This document shows, one piece after another, positions 9,330-18,176 of a DNA stretch of 64,000 bases. Source of the stretch: an uncultured Faecalibacterium sp. (GTDB taxonomy: Bacteria > Bacillota > Clostridia > Christensenellales > CAG-917). Under the pieces are notes generated by a model, which did no database searches, was not told the origin of the DNA, and was given only the letters and a program-made list of their open reading frames with translations. Numbering within the stretch: the stretch's first letter is position 1; each line of letters begins with the position of its first letter. The stretch lies in NCBI GenBank assembly GCA_964495385.1, contig CAZBVO010000008.1, forward strand, positions 62-64,061, written 5' to 3'. The translations under genes were made by a program, and so were the position numbers.

Positions 9330-10508
9330 CTATTTTACATAGCTTTGGTCAACACCTATAACGTAGTAGTAAAGGTGCCCTTCGTCCGCCGGCACTTCCC
9401 GCTCTAAAATTTCCGACAAGTCCGACGAACCGAGTTTTACGTCGTAAGGCAACACGACGTCAAACAAAACGTTTGTGTGAGTTACTCCTCGCACCAGTCT
9501 GAAATCGTGCACGGTTATTTTGTCCGAAATTTTGGTTTTCAGGCATTCTTCAACCAGCAATTTTAATTTCGCCGCTTCTTGGTCGTCGGGATTGACGGGA
9601 TCCATGTGAATGACCACGAAATATCCGTCATCGCGCATAAAATCACGCTCGATATTGTCGATAAGGTCGTGCGTTGCCATAATGTCGACACGGGCGTCAA
9701 CCTCGGCGTGAAGAGTAACGTAAACGTTTGCCGGGCCGTAGTTGTGAACAACCATATCGTGCGTACCCAAAATGCCGTCGTACGACATAACTTTGTCGGT
9801 GATTTTTTTGACCAATTCGTCCGAAGGCAGAGTGCCCAAAAGCGGATCGACGGTGTCCTTAATCAACCTGACGCCGGAAACCACTATAAGCACCGACACG
9901 ATAAGACCTATGACCGCATCGAACGGTACGGACGGCCACAACGCCGAAAGAACCAATCCCAGCAAAACGCCTGCCGTCGAAAAAACGTCGTTGAGGCTGT
10001 CCTGCGCAGACGCCTCCAAGGTTTTGCTGTCGATGCTTTTCGAGAAGTTTTTGTAAAGTCCCATCTGCCACAGCTTCACCGCAATGGCGGCCACGGCAAC
10101 GGCATACGTCCACACGCTCGATTCGATTGCTTCGGGAGTTTTGATTTTCATTGCCGATTCGTACCCGAGCACCGCGCCTATCGCAAGCACCATAAAACTT
10201 ACCACCAAACCGGTTATGTATTCGTAGCGCGCATGCCCGAAAGGATGTTTTTCGTCCGCCCCCTTCCCCGACAGCTTAAACCCGAGCACCGTAACCACGC
10301 TGCTGCCGGCATCCGACAGGTTGTTTACCGCATCGGCCAAAAGCGAAATGCTTCCCGACAAAAGCCCTGCCAAAATCTTCGCTACGCACAAAACCACGTT
10401 TGACACTATGCCGAACACGCCTGCCGTAATCCCGTAACCGAGCCTGACCTTGCGGTCGTCGGTTTGTTTGTAATTTTTGATAAACTTACGTTTCAAAAAC
10501 TTGTACAT
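9330..10508 (-). CDS. Cation diffusion facilitator family transporter
   Basis: SISLLADAVNNLSD, HPFGHARYEY, DSLND, C-terminal dimerisation domain (HDMVVHNYGP, IHMDP). Confidence 0.93.
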   Translation of the reverse strand: MYKFLKRKFIKNYKQTDDRKVRLGYGITAGVFGIVSNVVLCVAKILAGLLSGSISLLADAVNNLSDAGSSVVTVLGFKLSGKGADEKHPFGHARYEYITGLVVSFMVLAIGAVLGYESAMKIKTPEAIESSVWTYAVAVAAIAVKLWQMGLYKNFSKSIDSKTLEASAQDSLNDVFSTAGVLLGLVLSALWPSVPFDAVIGLIVSVLIVVSGVRLIKDTVDPLLGTLPSDELVKKITDKVMSYDGILGTHDMVVHNYGPANVYVTLHAEVDARVDIMATHDLIDNIERDFMRDDGYFVVIHMDPVNPDDQEAAKLKLLVEECLKTKISDKITVHDFRLVRGVTHTNVLFDVVLPYDVKLGSSDLSEILEREVPADEGHLYYYVIGVDQSYVK

Positions 10509-10553
10509 ACACTTTAAGCATCCTTTTTTGTTTTTTAAAGTATTTTTTGTGTC

Positions 10554-10584
10554 AAAAAACAGGGCAAGGCTTGCACCCTGCCCC
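10554..10584 (-). terminator. Intrinsic terminator after mscL
   Basis: Minus strand GGGGCAGGG..CCTTGCCCTG followed by a T-run. Confidence 0.65.
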
Positions 10585-10598
10585 GACCGGATTTCGGT

Positions 10599-11198
10599 TT
10601 ATTTGTTTTTCAAAAGAACCACTATTTCCGACAAAAGTTCTTCCGTCGTAGGCTTTGGAGGTTCCGCCGGAGCGGCAGGCTCTTCGACAACGGGTTCGGC
10701 TTTTTTCGGAGCATCTTGCGGATGTTTTTTGGAATATTTTTCAAGCCATTCGGTTTCGATGGAGGAAAGTTCCTCGCCGTCGTCCAATTTTTTCTGAACG
10801 ATTTTTTTCATGTTTTCGGTGAAATCGGTCCACTCTTTAAACTTATTGATAAGCTTAACCATGCTGAAAACCACAAATGCAATAATGAAAAAGTTGATTA
10901 TCGCATTGACGAACGAACCCCAATCGATGTAAATGGAATTCGACAGGTCAACCGTTGTGGTGGCAAGGCCTGTTGCCGTATCGACGACGTATGCCTTTTT
11001 GAGGAAGGTGTAAATTCCTTCCAGCGAACCCGTACCCATGCAAAGGGCAAGAATCCAGTTGATGAACGGCTTTAAGATGTTGTCCGAAAGTGCGGTTACG
11101 ATTGCGGTGAATGCGGAACCGACGATAACGCCGACGGCCATGTCCAAAACGTTGCCGCGGGTGATAAACGTTTTAAATTCGCTTAAAAATTTTTTCAT
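10599..11198 (-). CDS. mscL: Large-conductance mechanosensitive channel
   Basis: EFKTFITRGNVLDMAVGVIVGSAF, WGSFVNAIINFFII, C-terminal EELLSEI; start 11198. Confidence 0.93.
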   Translation of the reverse strand: MKKFLSEFKTFITRGNVLDMAVGVIVGSAFTAIVTALSDNILKPFINWILALCMGTGSLEGIYTFLKKAYVVDTATGLATTTVDLSNSIYIDWGSFVNAIINFFIIAFVVFSMVKLINKFKEWTDFTENMKKIVQKKLDDGEELSSIETEWLEKYSKKHPQDAPKKAEPVVEEPAAPAEPPKPTTEELLSEIVVLLKNK

Positions 11199-11227
11199 AT
11201 TTCGTCCCTCGTAATATATTTTGTTAA

Positions 11228-11256
11228 AGTATAACACCTAACCTGAAAATTTGCAA
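11228..11256 (-). promoter_or_regulatory. sigmaA-type promoter of mscL
   Basis: TTGCAA-17-TATACT with extended TG. Confidence 0.7.
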
Positions 11257-11290
11257 CGGATTTTTGCTTGCAACGACTTTTTGAGACAAT

Positions 11291-12094
11291 TTATTGCTCG
11301 CCGTCGCTTATTGAGTCCCTGTCGGCCGAAGAAAAAGATGTTTTTTCGGATTCTTTCAGCAGCTTAGCCTTGAATGCCACCGTGTCGAAACGGAATTTGT
11401 TCAAAAACTCCTTCTGCTTTTTCCTTTCAAAAAAGCGCACCGAAAACGCCGTGGCGGCAAAAAGTACAACTATGATTTTGCCGACAACGCCGATAAATCC
11501 GAAAAACACAAACGCCAACACACCCAAAACGTAAATTTCCTTTGTCAGTCTCTTCGCATTCTCCGCGCTTGTTTTTCTTCGCGCAAAATCGCACAGCAGG
11601 CACAAATCAAAAACCAAAAGCACCACAAACGGCACGGAAAGCGGATTGGAGCAAGCCACAAAAGCGTCGTGCAAAAAATACGGCGCGAATCCGCCTTTCA
11701 AAAGCATGCTGCAAACAATCATCGCCAACACGCCGACAATCATTGCAACGAGCGCATATTTCAAGCTGTTGTGCCTAAATTCCTGCTCTTCGTTGTCAAA
11801 CTTTTCGGCGGCGCACTTTGCGCACTTGCCCATAAACGAGCCCGAATGTTCGACAGGCATAAGTTCGCCGCAACGGATGCACTTGACGGCAAAATCGAAA
11901 TCGGTTTGCTCCCTGAGCGGCACAAACCTCGGCTCCACCTCGCCGGTTTTTTCGTCGACTCGTTCGGCCATCCGCTTTTTTACGCCCATAGATGCGGCAT
12001 CCGACAAAATCTGTTCACGCTCGGCGTCCAAACGTTTGCGCTCTTTTTGGCGTTCGACGTGTTCAGACAGTCCGAAAAAGCTAAACAACTTCAT
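11291..12094 (-). CDS. Hypothetical membrane protein with CxxC..CxxC motif (paralog 1)
   Basis: KCIRCG..H...FMGKCAKC, 4 hydrophobic segments, FRFDT motif. Confidence 0.7.
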   Translation of the reverse strand: MKLFSFFGLSEHVERQKERKRLDAEREQILSDAASMGVKKRMAERVDEKTGEVEPRFVPLREQTDFDFAVKCIRCGELMPVEHSGSFMGKCAKCAAEKFDNEEQEFRHNSLKYALVAMIVGVLAMIVCSMLLKGGFAPYFLHDAFVACSNPLSVPFVVLLVFDLCLLCDFARRKTSAENAKRLTKEIYVLGVLAFVFFGFIGVVGKIIVVLFAATAFSVRFFERKKQKEFLNKFRFDTVAFKAKLLKESEKTSFSSADRDSISDGEQ

Positions 12095-12103
12095 GGCCGC
12101 CCC

Positions 12104-13030
12104 CTAAACCACGTCGCCTGCGGCAACGTCGTAAACGGACGGATATTCCGACTTCAACGTCTCGTCGCAACAAACCGAAAACTCGGCATAGTCGTCATAA
12201 ACAAACTTTTTCAGGTCTCCTACGGTTGTGCCGTCGGACAATTCCAAAGCGCCGTACGGCTTTGTTTTAGGCAGGTCGACCGCCTCGGTATTTTTGGCTT
12301 CTGTTTCCAAAACAGGCGCTTTATTATCGGATTTTGCGTCATCAGGTTTGATTTGTGCGATTTTTGCATTAAGTTCGATTGTGTCGAATTTGAAGGCGCG
12401 CACCTTTTTGTAGCCGACCGAATACGTCGCGACAACCGCAGACACAAGCGCAAGCAAAATCGCAAGCAACACAAAGTCGGCAATCATCAAACCGTTGCCC
12501 TTAAACAACAGCGACGTCATAAACAACCCTACGGACAGCATTACGGCGGTTGCCGTAACAACACGCTGGTCCTCCTTCGAGCCGCGGTTTTTGAAGTATG
12601 ACGTAACGATGTAAATCACCGAAAACGCCTCGAAAGCATAGTAAATAAATTGGTTTTTAAAAACGTTTCCAAAAATCTTATGCTCGGCCAGCGGCTGAAT
12701 TTTTGCGCCCAAAAGCGGCCGCACCAACAGATAATTGGCCGTTATAACAATCAAAAAAACCATCAACACGGCAAACGCTTTTTTAAGTGTGGCAGTAACT
12801 TTTTCCGAAAATTCTCTTTCGGCGCATGCCGAACACTTCCCCATAAATTCGGCGGCGTGAGCCTCGGGATAAAGCGAACCGCAACGGATGCACTTCAAAG
12901 CCCCGTCGATTTTGTCGTCGGCGGTAGTGTTTTTAAGCTCCTCAAAGATTTTTGCATCGATTTCGTCGTCGCCCGACAGCAATATCTTTTTGGCTTTTTT
13001 CAGGTTTTCCTTAACTTTTTTTGCATCCAT
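12104..13030 (-). CDS. Hypothetical membrane protein with CxxC..CxxC motif (paralog 2)
   Basis: KCIRCG..H...FMGKCSAC, 4 hydrophobic segments, FKFDT motif. Confidence 0.7.
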   Translation of the reverse strand: MDAKKVKENLKKAKKILLSGDDEIDAKIFEELKNTTADDKIDGALKCIRCGSLYPEAHAAEFMGKCSACAEREFSEKVTATLKKAFAVLMVFLIVITANYLLVRPLLGAKIQPLAEHKIFGNVFKNQFIYYAFEAFSVIYIVTSYFKNRGSKEDQRVVTATAVMLSVGLFMTSLLFKGNGLMIADFVLLAILLALVSAVVATYSVGYKKVRAFKFDTIELNAKIAQIKPDDAKSDNKAPVLETEAKNTEAVDLPKTKPYGALELSDGTTVGDLKKFVYDDYAEFSVCCDETLKSEYPSVYDVAAGDVV

Positions 13031-13036
13031 AATTCG

Positions 13037-13065
13037 ATTATATCACAACAAAACTTTATTTTCAA
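13037..13065 (-). promoter_or_regulatory. sigmaA promoter, probably giving a leaderless mRNA
   Basis: TTGAAA-17-TATAAT-CGAATT-ATG(13030), no SD. Confidence 0.7.
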
Positions 13066-13147
13066 TGTTTTTAACCGAAAAAGAGGTTGTACTTTATGTT
13101 AAGAATGTGTTAAAATAAATTATCATCACTTGGAGGGACAACATTTT

Positions 13148-14035
13148 ATGAACGTCTTAACCCTTGGGGCCGTCGATTTCGTAAACAGTGTTTGGATGTA
13201 CCTGCTTTACGCCGGCGTTGCCGCCTTCGTTCTGGCGCAAGCGTTTTTCTACCTGTTCAGGGCAATGAAGCGCGCAAAAGCCTTGAACATCGACAAAGAA
13301 AAAATCAAATCGGCAATAACTACGTCCGCAAGCTTCACCGTGCTTCCGGCAATAGGCATTTTTATCGGCCTCGTAACGTTGGTGGGTGCGCTCGGCATTC
13401 CTCTTCCGGCAATTCGCCTCAGCGTAGTGGGCGCGCTTCAGTACGAAACTTTGGCCGCAAGCAACGTTGCCGAAGGTATGGGTACGTCGCTTAAGGAACT
13501 CAGCAGCAACATGACTCCTTCTCAATTCGTAACCATTGTCAGCGCAATGACTTTCGGCATCATTTGGGGACCGTTGATTTTGCTGGGTGCTTTCAAAAAA
13601 ATGTTCAAAAAAACCAACGAATTGACTCAAAAATCGTCAAGCGGCAAATGGCAACAATATATGACCGCAAGCATCTTTGTGGGTATGGTGGTGGCCTTCT
13701 TCGCAGTGTCCGTTTCAAACATTTTAAATCCGTCTAGTGAACTTTTGGAGAAAAACGGCGGAAACCTGATGCTTTCCATAAAGCAAACCGCTTCCATGCT
13801 TTCCAGCTACTACTACGTCATTTCCGTCGTGGTAAGCTGTCTGTGCATGTGGGGATGCGAAGTTCTCGTCAAAAAGTACAACCAAAAATGGCTTGAAAGT
13901 TTCAGCCTCGCCCTGTCGATGATTGTCGGAATGACAGTCGTTGCTGTCATAAGTTACTTCTCTCACAAGGCAAACGTCTCTCCGGAAACGGCTTCGACCT
14001 TTATCCGGCTGGTGCGTATGGCCGTGATAGGTTAG
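13148..14035 (+). CDS. DUF5058-family membrane protein
   Basis: LGIPLPAIRLSVVGALQYE signature, multiple TMs; GGAGG RBS before ATG 13148. Confidence 0.8.
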   Translation: MNVLTLGAVDFVNSVWMYLLYAGVAAFVLAQAFFYLFRAMKRAKALNIDKEKIKSAITTSASFTVLPAIGIFIGLVTLVGALGIPLPAIRLSVVGALQYETLAASNVAEGMGTSLKELSSNMTPSQFVTIVSAMTFGIIWGPLILLGAFKKMFKKTNELTQKSSSGKWQQYMTASIFVGMVVAFFAVSVSNILNPSSELLEKNGGNLMLSIKQTASMLSSYYYVISVVVSCLCMWGCEVLVKKYNQKWLESFSLALSMIVGMTVVAVISYFSHKANVSPETASTFIRLVRMAVIG

Positions 14036-14045
14036 GAGGTGCAAT

Positions 14046-14801
14046 ATGAACGATAAAAACACTATTTTAGAAAAAGATCATCTCTACGGTCGCATTTGGA
14101 CCGCGGCGGCTATAATCATGATGGCACTTATTCCGATCGGCACGGGCCTTATCGTAGGCTCCGGCCCGGACTGGGGAACCTTTTTTAAGGTGTTCATCCC
14201 GCTTGCCGCAATCTACCTCCCGACGGCCATCGGCGAAATATTCGTGTTCAGTCCTATCATCGGCGCAAACGGAAGCTATCTGTCGTTTATCACCGGCAAC
14301 CTTTCAAACCTCAAGGTTCCGTGTGCGGTAAACGCCATCGACAAATCGGGCTATAAAGCGGGCTCGGAAGAAGCGGAAGTCATCGGCGTAATCTCCATTG
14401 CCGTAAGCACCATAGTAACCACCCTCATAATCGGCATCGGCGTGTTTATTTTGGCAATTTCCGGTCTGACCGACTTCCTGAACTCTCCGGATGCGGCATT
14501 TTTGTCGGATGCTTTCGGCGTGGTTGCATTTGCTCTGTTCGGCGCGCTCGGCGGACAATATTTGGTCAAATATCCGAAGATGGCTTTGCTTCCTTTGGCA
14601 GGCATAGTTACAATCTGCGTGGTTATGATTCTGCTCGGTTTGGGCGCAAACGCCTCGACAAGCATTATGCTGTTTGTCGGCATCATCTTCTGCTATCTCA
14701 ATGCTCGCAGGCTCTACTACAAAAAATGCAAGGAAGAAGCCGCCGAAGCAGCCGTAGCAATGGATGCCGAACCGCAAATCAAATCGGACGAACAAAACTA
14801 A
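14046..14801 (+). CDS. Conserved membrane protein, usual partner of DUF5058
   Basis: GSYLSFITGNLSNLKVPCA motif, 6-7 TMs, AGGAGG RBS, adjacent to DUF5058. Confidence 0.75.
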   Translation: MNDKNTILEKDHLYGRIWTAAAIIMMALIPIGTGLIVGSGPDWGTFFKVFIPLAAIYLPTAIGEIFVFSPIIGANGSYLSFITGNLSNLKVPCAVNAIDKSGYKAGSEEAEVIGVISIAVSTIVTTLIIGIGVFILAISGLTDFLNSPDAAFLSDAFGVVAFALFGALGGQYLVKYPKMALLPLAGIVTICVVMILLGLGANASTSIMLFVGIIFCYLNARRLYYKKCKEEAAEAAVAMDAEPQIKSDEQN

Positions 14802-14851
14802 AGCGCAAAAACCGCACAAGCGGTTTTGCTTTAAAACTTCAAAATCAAAAC

Positions 14852-14879
14852 AAAAAGGTCTCCGTCGGAGACCTTTTTT
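14852..14879. terminator. Bidirectional intrinsic terminator
   Basis: AAAAAGGTCTCC-GTC-GGAGACCTTTTT. Confidence 0.85.
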
Positions 14880-14974
14880 AAACCGAATTCTTTCGGTAAG
14901 TTTTTCAAGCTAAACCGTTTCGATATGTTTCAAACCAAATATCAGACCTTATTTTTTTCGGTAAGGTTTTCGGG

Positions 14975-15481
14975 CTAAATCCTTTCGACGTGATCGATAA
15001 CCACCGGCACGTCTGGGATGTCGTTGTACCAACCGTACGAGTGCGTTTTAACGTTGCTTATGTCGACAACCGTTTTGTTGCTTTCCTCGTCGATTGTATG
15101 GCCGAATGCGGCGTACTCGTTGTCCAAAAAGCTGCAATCGGCGGCGCAGATGAAAAACTGGCTCGTTGCGCTGTTAGGTTGATTGGTGCGCGCCATACTT
15201 ATAACGCCCAGCTTGTGCTTGATGTCGTTTTTGACGCCGTTGTGCAAAAATTCGCCTTTGATAGGTTTCAGGCCGCCTTTTTCTTTAAGCACGCCTCTTT
15301 CCTGAGTCATGCCGCCGCCCTGAATCATAAAACCGCTGATAACTCGGTGAAAGCACAGGCCGTTGTAGTAGCCCGAATCCACAAGCTTCAAAAAGTTTTC
15401 GACAGTGATCGGCGCAGTGGCGCGATCGAGTTCGAGGTTGATTCTTCTGCCGTCCGTAAGGACGATTGAAACTTTTTCCAT
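14975..15481 (-). CDS. Cyclophilin-type peptidyl-prolyl cis-trans isomerase
   Basis: APITVENF, FHRVISGFMIQGG, SMART..NSATSQFFI, YAAFG. Confidence 0.95.
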   Translation of the reverse strand: MEKVSIVLTDGRRINLELDRATAPITVENFLKLVDSGYYNGLCFHRVISGFMIQGGGMTQERGVLKEKGGLKPIKGEFLHNGVKNDIKHKLGVISMARTNQPNSATSQFFICAADCSFLDNEYAAFGHTIDEESNKTVVDISNVKTHSYGWYNDIPDVPVVIDHVERI

Positions 15482-16105
15482 TTATATCTCCTTTTGTTGT
15501 TTTTTTGTGTTTTTACTGAATTCGCAGCCGCAATAATCCTGCCTGTAAAGGCCGTATTGCTTGCTAAGTTCAACGCTTCGTTTGTAGCCGTCCTTTTTCT
15601 TGAAATCCGACGGAAGCCACTTTACACCCTCCTTTTGGGCCTGTAATGCGCCGATTTCGTTCAGAAGTGCGGCGTTTTTCAGCGGACTTATGGTTAGCGT
15701 GGTGGTAACGTACTCAAAGCCATAATCCTTTGCCGCTTTTGCCGCTTCGGCAAGCCTTAGCGAAAAGCACACCTTGCACCTCTTGCCGCCTTCGGGCTCG
15801 TTTTCGAGGCCTTTTACCGCCGCCAAAAATCTTTCCGGCTCGTACTCCCCCTCGATAAATCCCACGCCTGCGGCCTCTGGCATCTGTTTCAAAAGCCTTT
15901 TTAGTTCGTCTCTTCTGAAAACGTACTCCTTTTGGTCGGTTATGTTGGGATTGTAAAAGAAAACGGTGACGTCAAAAAAGCGTGCGACCTCCTCCAACGA
16001 GTGCGACGAACACGGTGCACAGCAAACGTGCAACAACAGTTTGGGTTTTCGGCCGCCAAGCGAGGCCACTTCGTTTTCATATTGCTTGTAAAAATTTGCG
16101 TTCAT
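15482..16105 (-). CDS. queH: Epoxyqueuosine reductase QueH
   Basis: LLLHVCCAPCS, YNPNI, GGKRC..CF..RL, TTTLTISP.K, YRQDYCGCEFS; start likely ATG 16105. Confidence 0.92.
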   Translation of the reverse strand: MNANFYKQYENEVASLGGRKPKLLLHVCCAPCSSHSLEEVARFFDVTVFFYNPNITDQKEYVFRRDELKRLLKQMPEAAGVGFIEGEYEPERFLAAVKGLENEPEGGKRCKVCFSLRLAEAAKAAKDYGFEYVTTTLTISPLKNAALLNEIGALQAQKEGVKWLPSDFKKKDGYKRSVELSKQYGLYRQDYCGCEFSKNTKKQQKEI

Positions 16106-16111
16106 AAGTCG

Positions 16112-16140
16112 ATTATAAGCCAACCCGACGTTTATTTCAA
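16112..16140 (-). promoter_or_regulatory. sigmaA promoter, probably giving a leaderless queH mRNA
   Basis: TTGAAA-17-TATAAT-CGACTT-ATG(16105), no SD. Confidence 0.7.
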
Positions 16141-16184
16141 CAATTTTTCCGTCAAAAAAAGCAATCCGCCAAAAAAATCACGCA

Positions 16185-16219
16185 TTTTAATTTCCTTTTA
16201 AGGCTTGCGCTGTTATAAT
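16185..16219 (+). promoter_or_regulatory. OmpR-family direct-repeat box plus -10 (autoregulatory promoter candidate)
   Basis: TTTTAAT-ttcc-TTTTAAGG-N10-TATAAT upstream of the response regulator gene. Confidence 0.6.
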
Positions 16220-16250
16220 TAAGTAGAAACATATATGGGAGACTATAACT

Positions 16251-16940
16251 ATGCGCATCTTGCTTATCGAAGACGAAATCCAACTTTCAGACGCTCTTGT
16301 GGCTGTATTCAAAAAACAGCGTTACTCGGCCGACGCCGTTTACAACGGCGAAGAAGGCTTCGAATACGCCCGAACAGGAATTTACGACGTGATTTTGTTG
16401 GACGTCATGCTTCCGGGCATGGACGGCTTTACCCTGCTTAAACGGTTGAGAGATCTCAAAGTCAAAACTCCGGTAATCATGATGACGGCTCTCGGCGAAA
16501 CCGAGGACAGAATCAAGGGCCTCGACTACGGCGCCGACGACTATATTCCTAAACCTTTCGACACAAACGAGCTGCTGGCCCGCATCCGTGCCGTGGCAAG
16601 ACGAAAAGACAGCGACCTCGTCGACGAGTACACCTTAAAATTCGGCGACCTGGCGTTGGATTTGAAAGCCTATACACTCGCTTGCGGCGCAAACAGCATC
16701 AAGGTTTCCGTAAAAGAATACGAAATTTTGAAATATCTTATGGAACATCCTCAATTCATCGCAACCCGAGACGACATGATAACAAAAATCTGGGGCTTCG
16801 ACAGCGAACTCGAATCAAACAACATCGAGGTTTACATCAGTTTTATCCGCAAAAAATTGGCACACATCAAATCCAACGTCAACATAGTTACCGTACGCGG
16901 CGTTGGATATAAGCTGGAGGAAAAATGTTCAAAGATCTAA
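16251..16940 (+). CDS. OmpR/PhoB-family response regulator (CiaR-like)
   Basis: ILLIEDE, LLDVMLP phosphoacceptor, GADDYIPKPF, winged helix NNIEVYISFIRKKL..TVRGVGY. Confidence 0.95.
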   Translation: MRILLIEDEIQLSDALVAVFKKQRYSADAVYNGEEGFEYARTGIYDVILLDVMLPGMDGFTLLKRLRDLKVKTPVIMMTALGETEDRIKGLDYGADDYIPKPFDTNELLARIRAVARRKDSDLVDEYTLKFGDLALDLKAYTLACGANSIKVSVKEYEILKYLMEHPQFIATRDDMITKIWGFDSELESNNIEVYISFIRKKLAHIKSNVNIVTVRGVGYKLEEKCSKI

Positions 16941-18172
16941 AACGAAAATTGATGGCGACGTTTGTCCTTACCGGCTTTTTGCTGATTGCCATGCTGTTTT
17001 CGGTTGTCTATTTGGTCAACTACTACAACACGCAGTTGCGCATAGACGATATGCTTGACAACGTTTTGGCCTCCGACATGAATCTGACGTCGGGAAGCGC
17101 CGTTCTTCCAAGCGGTTGCAGTGTCGTGGAAACTTTTTTCAGCGGCAAAGTTTACGGCGCAGGGCTGGACGATTATCCCGACGACGTTAAGGAGGAAATA
17201 GTCCGTTTTTCAACCGATCCCGACGAAGTCAAAAGCAACGGAACCTTCAAAACGGGCAAATACAAATTCCGCTACAAACGGTCCACGGCGTTTCAGGGCG
17301 GCGGCGCACAACGGGTTGCCTTTTTCGACACTTCCTTTACCGACGAACTCAGGCTTCACCTCGGAAACAATTTGATAATCATACTCATCTGTTCGATGGC
17401 AATAGTTTTGTTTGTATCCTTTAAACTGGCCGAACGTATCGTTCAGCCGACGCAAAACGCTTGGCAAAAACAAACCGAACTGGTGGCCAACGCCAGCCAC
17501 GAACTTAAAACGCCTATAGCAATCATAAACGCCAATGCCGGAGCTATGGCCAACGCTACCGATCCTGCCGACATACAAAAATGGATAAAGAACATTACCG
17601 ATCAATCCGACCGCATGAGTGCGCTTATATCCGACATGGTGAAACTGGCAAAATACGAGGCAAACACGGCGGAAGTGCCGTTAGAGCACGTCAACGTTTC
17701 GGATTTGCTGGACGGATTGGGCCTTTCCTACGAAGCGAGCGCATTTGAAAAAAACATCGATTTCGAATGCGACGTCACTCCCGACATATCCATGCGCACA
17801 AACGGCAAAATGTTTGAGGAGCTGGCCTACATTTTGCTCGACAACGCCTTTAAGTACACAAACAAAGGCGGTAAAATTCAGCTTTTGCTGAAACAGGAGA
17901 AAAAACACTCGGTCGTATTTACCGTGCAAAACACCTGCAACGGCATTTCCGAAGACGAACTTCCGAAAATTTTCGACCGCTTTTACAAGTGCGATTTGTC
18001 GCACGAAAACAGTGGAAAAAGTTTCGGACTCGGGCTGTCCATCGCAAAAACGATTGCCGACAAATTGGGCGGCGTTATATCGGCCGTATCCGACGGAAAA
18101 AGCTATTTGGCCATGAACGTTTCATTCCACGTTTCGTCCAAAGACGCAAAACAACCCGACAACAAGGAATAA
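16925..18172 (+). CDS. Sensor histidine kinase
   Basis: Two TMs, H-box NASHELKTP, N-box LLDNAFKY, IFDRFY, GLGLSIAK. Confidence 0.95.
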   Translation: MFKDLKRKLMATFVLTGFLLIAMLFSVVYLVNYYNTQLRIDDMLDNVLASDMNLTSGSAVLPSGCSVVETFFSGKVYGAGLDDYPDDVKEEIVRFSTDPDEVKSNGTFKTGKYKFRYKRSTAFQGGGAQRVAFFDTSFTDELRLHLGNNLIIILICSMAIVLFVSFKLAERIVQPTQNAWQKQTELVANASHELKTPIAIINANAGAMANATDPADIQKWIKNITDQSDRMSALISDMVKLAKYEANTAEVPLEHVNVSDLLDGLGLSYEASAFEKNIDFECDVTPDISMRTNGKMFEELAYILLDNAFKYTNKGGKIQLLLKQEKKHSVVFTVQNTCNGISEDELPKIFDRFYKCDLSHENSGKSFGLGLSIAKTIADKLGGVISAVSDGKSYLAMNVSFHVSSKDAKQPDNKE

Positions 18173-18176
18173 TTTT

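Noticed and set aside
14800-14975. Several short inverted and direct repeats between convergent genes
   Set aside because: Explained by stacked terminator-like hairpins; no consistent repeat unit.
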